NCBI RefSeq assembly: GCF_018977255.1
Contig: NW_024704743.1
Location: 70,310,001-70,374,000 of the forward strand
Origin: Callorhinchus milii
Taxonomy: Eukaryota
Reading direction: 5' to 3'
Length of the DNA: 64,000 nt
This document shows positions 63,170 to 64,000 of the stretch, piece by piece. The notes beneath the pieces are model-generated. The model saw nothing but the letters and a program-made list of their open reading frames with translations, was not told the origin of the DNA and made no database searches. The stretch's first letter is position 1. The number at the start of each line of letters is the position of its first letter. The position numbers and the translations under genes are program-made.

Positions 63170-63570
63170 GAAAAGATTAGAGAAAGAGTAGGGTAGATAG
63201 CTCTTTAAGATTCTAAAGGGGCTAGACAATATCGATCATGACAGGCTGTTTCAACTTGTCCAGTACAGTAAAACCAGAGATCGTGGCCTGCGATTGAAGT
63301 GGGGTAAACTCAGAACAAATCTACGCGAACACTATTTCAGTGAGCAAATAGTGAACCTGTGGAACAGACTCCCTAGGGAAATGTTTGAAGCAGGAAGTGT
63401 TGATTCTTTCAAACACAAATTAGACAGTTTTCTTTCAGGAAATAACATTATAGGATATAGTACATAGGTAGTTTGGGACATATATGCCTGAGACCACCAG
63501 GAAGGTGGAAGGCAAACTAGATGGACCTTGGTTTTTTTTGTCTAGCATTTCTTATGTTCTTATATAGAAT
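63170..63570 (+). mobile_element. CR1 3' end
   Basis: FKILKGLDNI..KTRDRGLRLKWGKLRTNLREHYFSEQIVNLWNRLP..DSFKHKLDSFL; tail GATGGACCTTGG..TTCTTATGTTCTTA. Confidence 0.88.
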
Positions 63571-63634
63571 TGGGATTAAATCTAACAGAGGGCTGAGCAC
63601 CAGCACAGACTCAATGGGCTGAATAAATGCCTAT

Positions 63635-64000
63635 GTTGCACTCTTGCTCCTGAGGTAGAAGACTGTGGATTCAAGCCCACATTAGTACTTTGAGTTTACA
63701 GTCTAGGCCAACACTCCAATGTAATGCTGAGGGAATGCTTTATTGTTGCCCACAAAATATACAGTCAATTCACTTTACAGTATATTCTGTCAAGCGCTTT
63801 GAGACGTCTCAAAGATGTGATAAGGCACTATCTCAAACGTAAGGATTATAGGAACCGTCCTTTGGAAGAACTGTGAAATCAAGGACCATCTGCCTGTTTA
63901 GGTGGATGTTAAAGGTTCTATTGCACTATTTGAAAAGAGAAAATGGGTTTCTCCCAGTGCCGAGGTCAACAGTCCACCAGATAAAATTAGTCATTCACTC
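63635..64000 (+). mobile_element. DeuSINE interrupted by a SINE tail (about 63745-63850), running off the window edge
   Basis: GCACTCTTGCTCCTGAGGTAGAAGACTGTGGATTCAAGCCC and TAGGTGGATGTTAAAGGTTCTATTGCACTATTTG flank CAGTCAATTCACTTTACAG..AAGCGCTTTGAGACGTC. Confidence 0.8.

Overview
Eukaryotic, repeat-dense, AT-rich intronic or intergenic DNA. The repeat content points to a cartilaginous fish, plausibly a holocephalan (chimaera/elephant shark); this is an inference from DeuSINE/SacSINE1-type SINEs, shark-type CR1 tails and abundant L2. No recognisable host protein-coding gene is present, and nearly all long ORFs in the track are L2 LINE frames or chance ORFs. The main content is: (1) a young, nearly complete L2 ORF2 (APE endonuclease + RT) at about 51.9-55.1 kb on the minus strand, plus many 5'-truncated L2 copies with at least two 3'-tail types; (2) a tRNA-Ala-headed SINE in long and short subfamilies and an older DeuSINE, both ending in an L2-like stem-loop tail; (3) many CR1 fragments; (4) an unclassified dispersed repeat of 0.7 kb or more; (5) a roughly 490-bp fold-back element and several smaller hairpins. 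I found no convincing novel gene system. The most interesting signals concern LINE/SINE co-evolution (tail stem-loop swaps, a propagated frameshifted L2 source, breakpoints clustered near the YADD hairpin) and the unclassified palindromic and dispersed elements. Repeat boundaries were read by eye and are approximate (about +/-20 bp).
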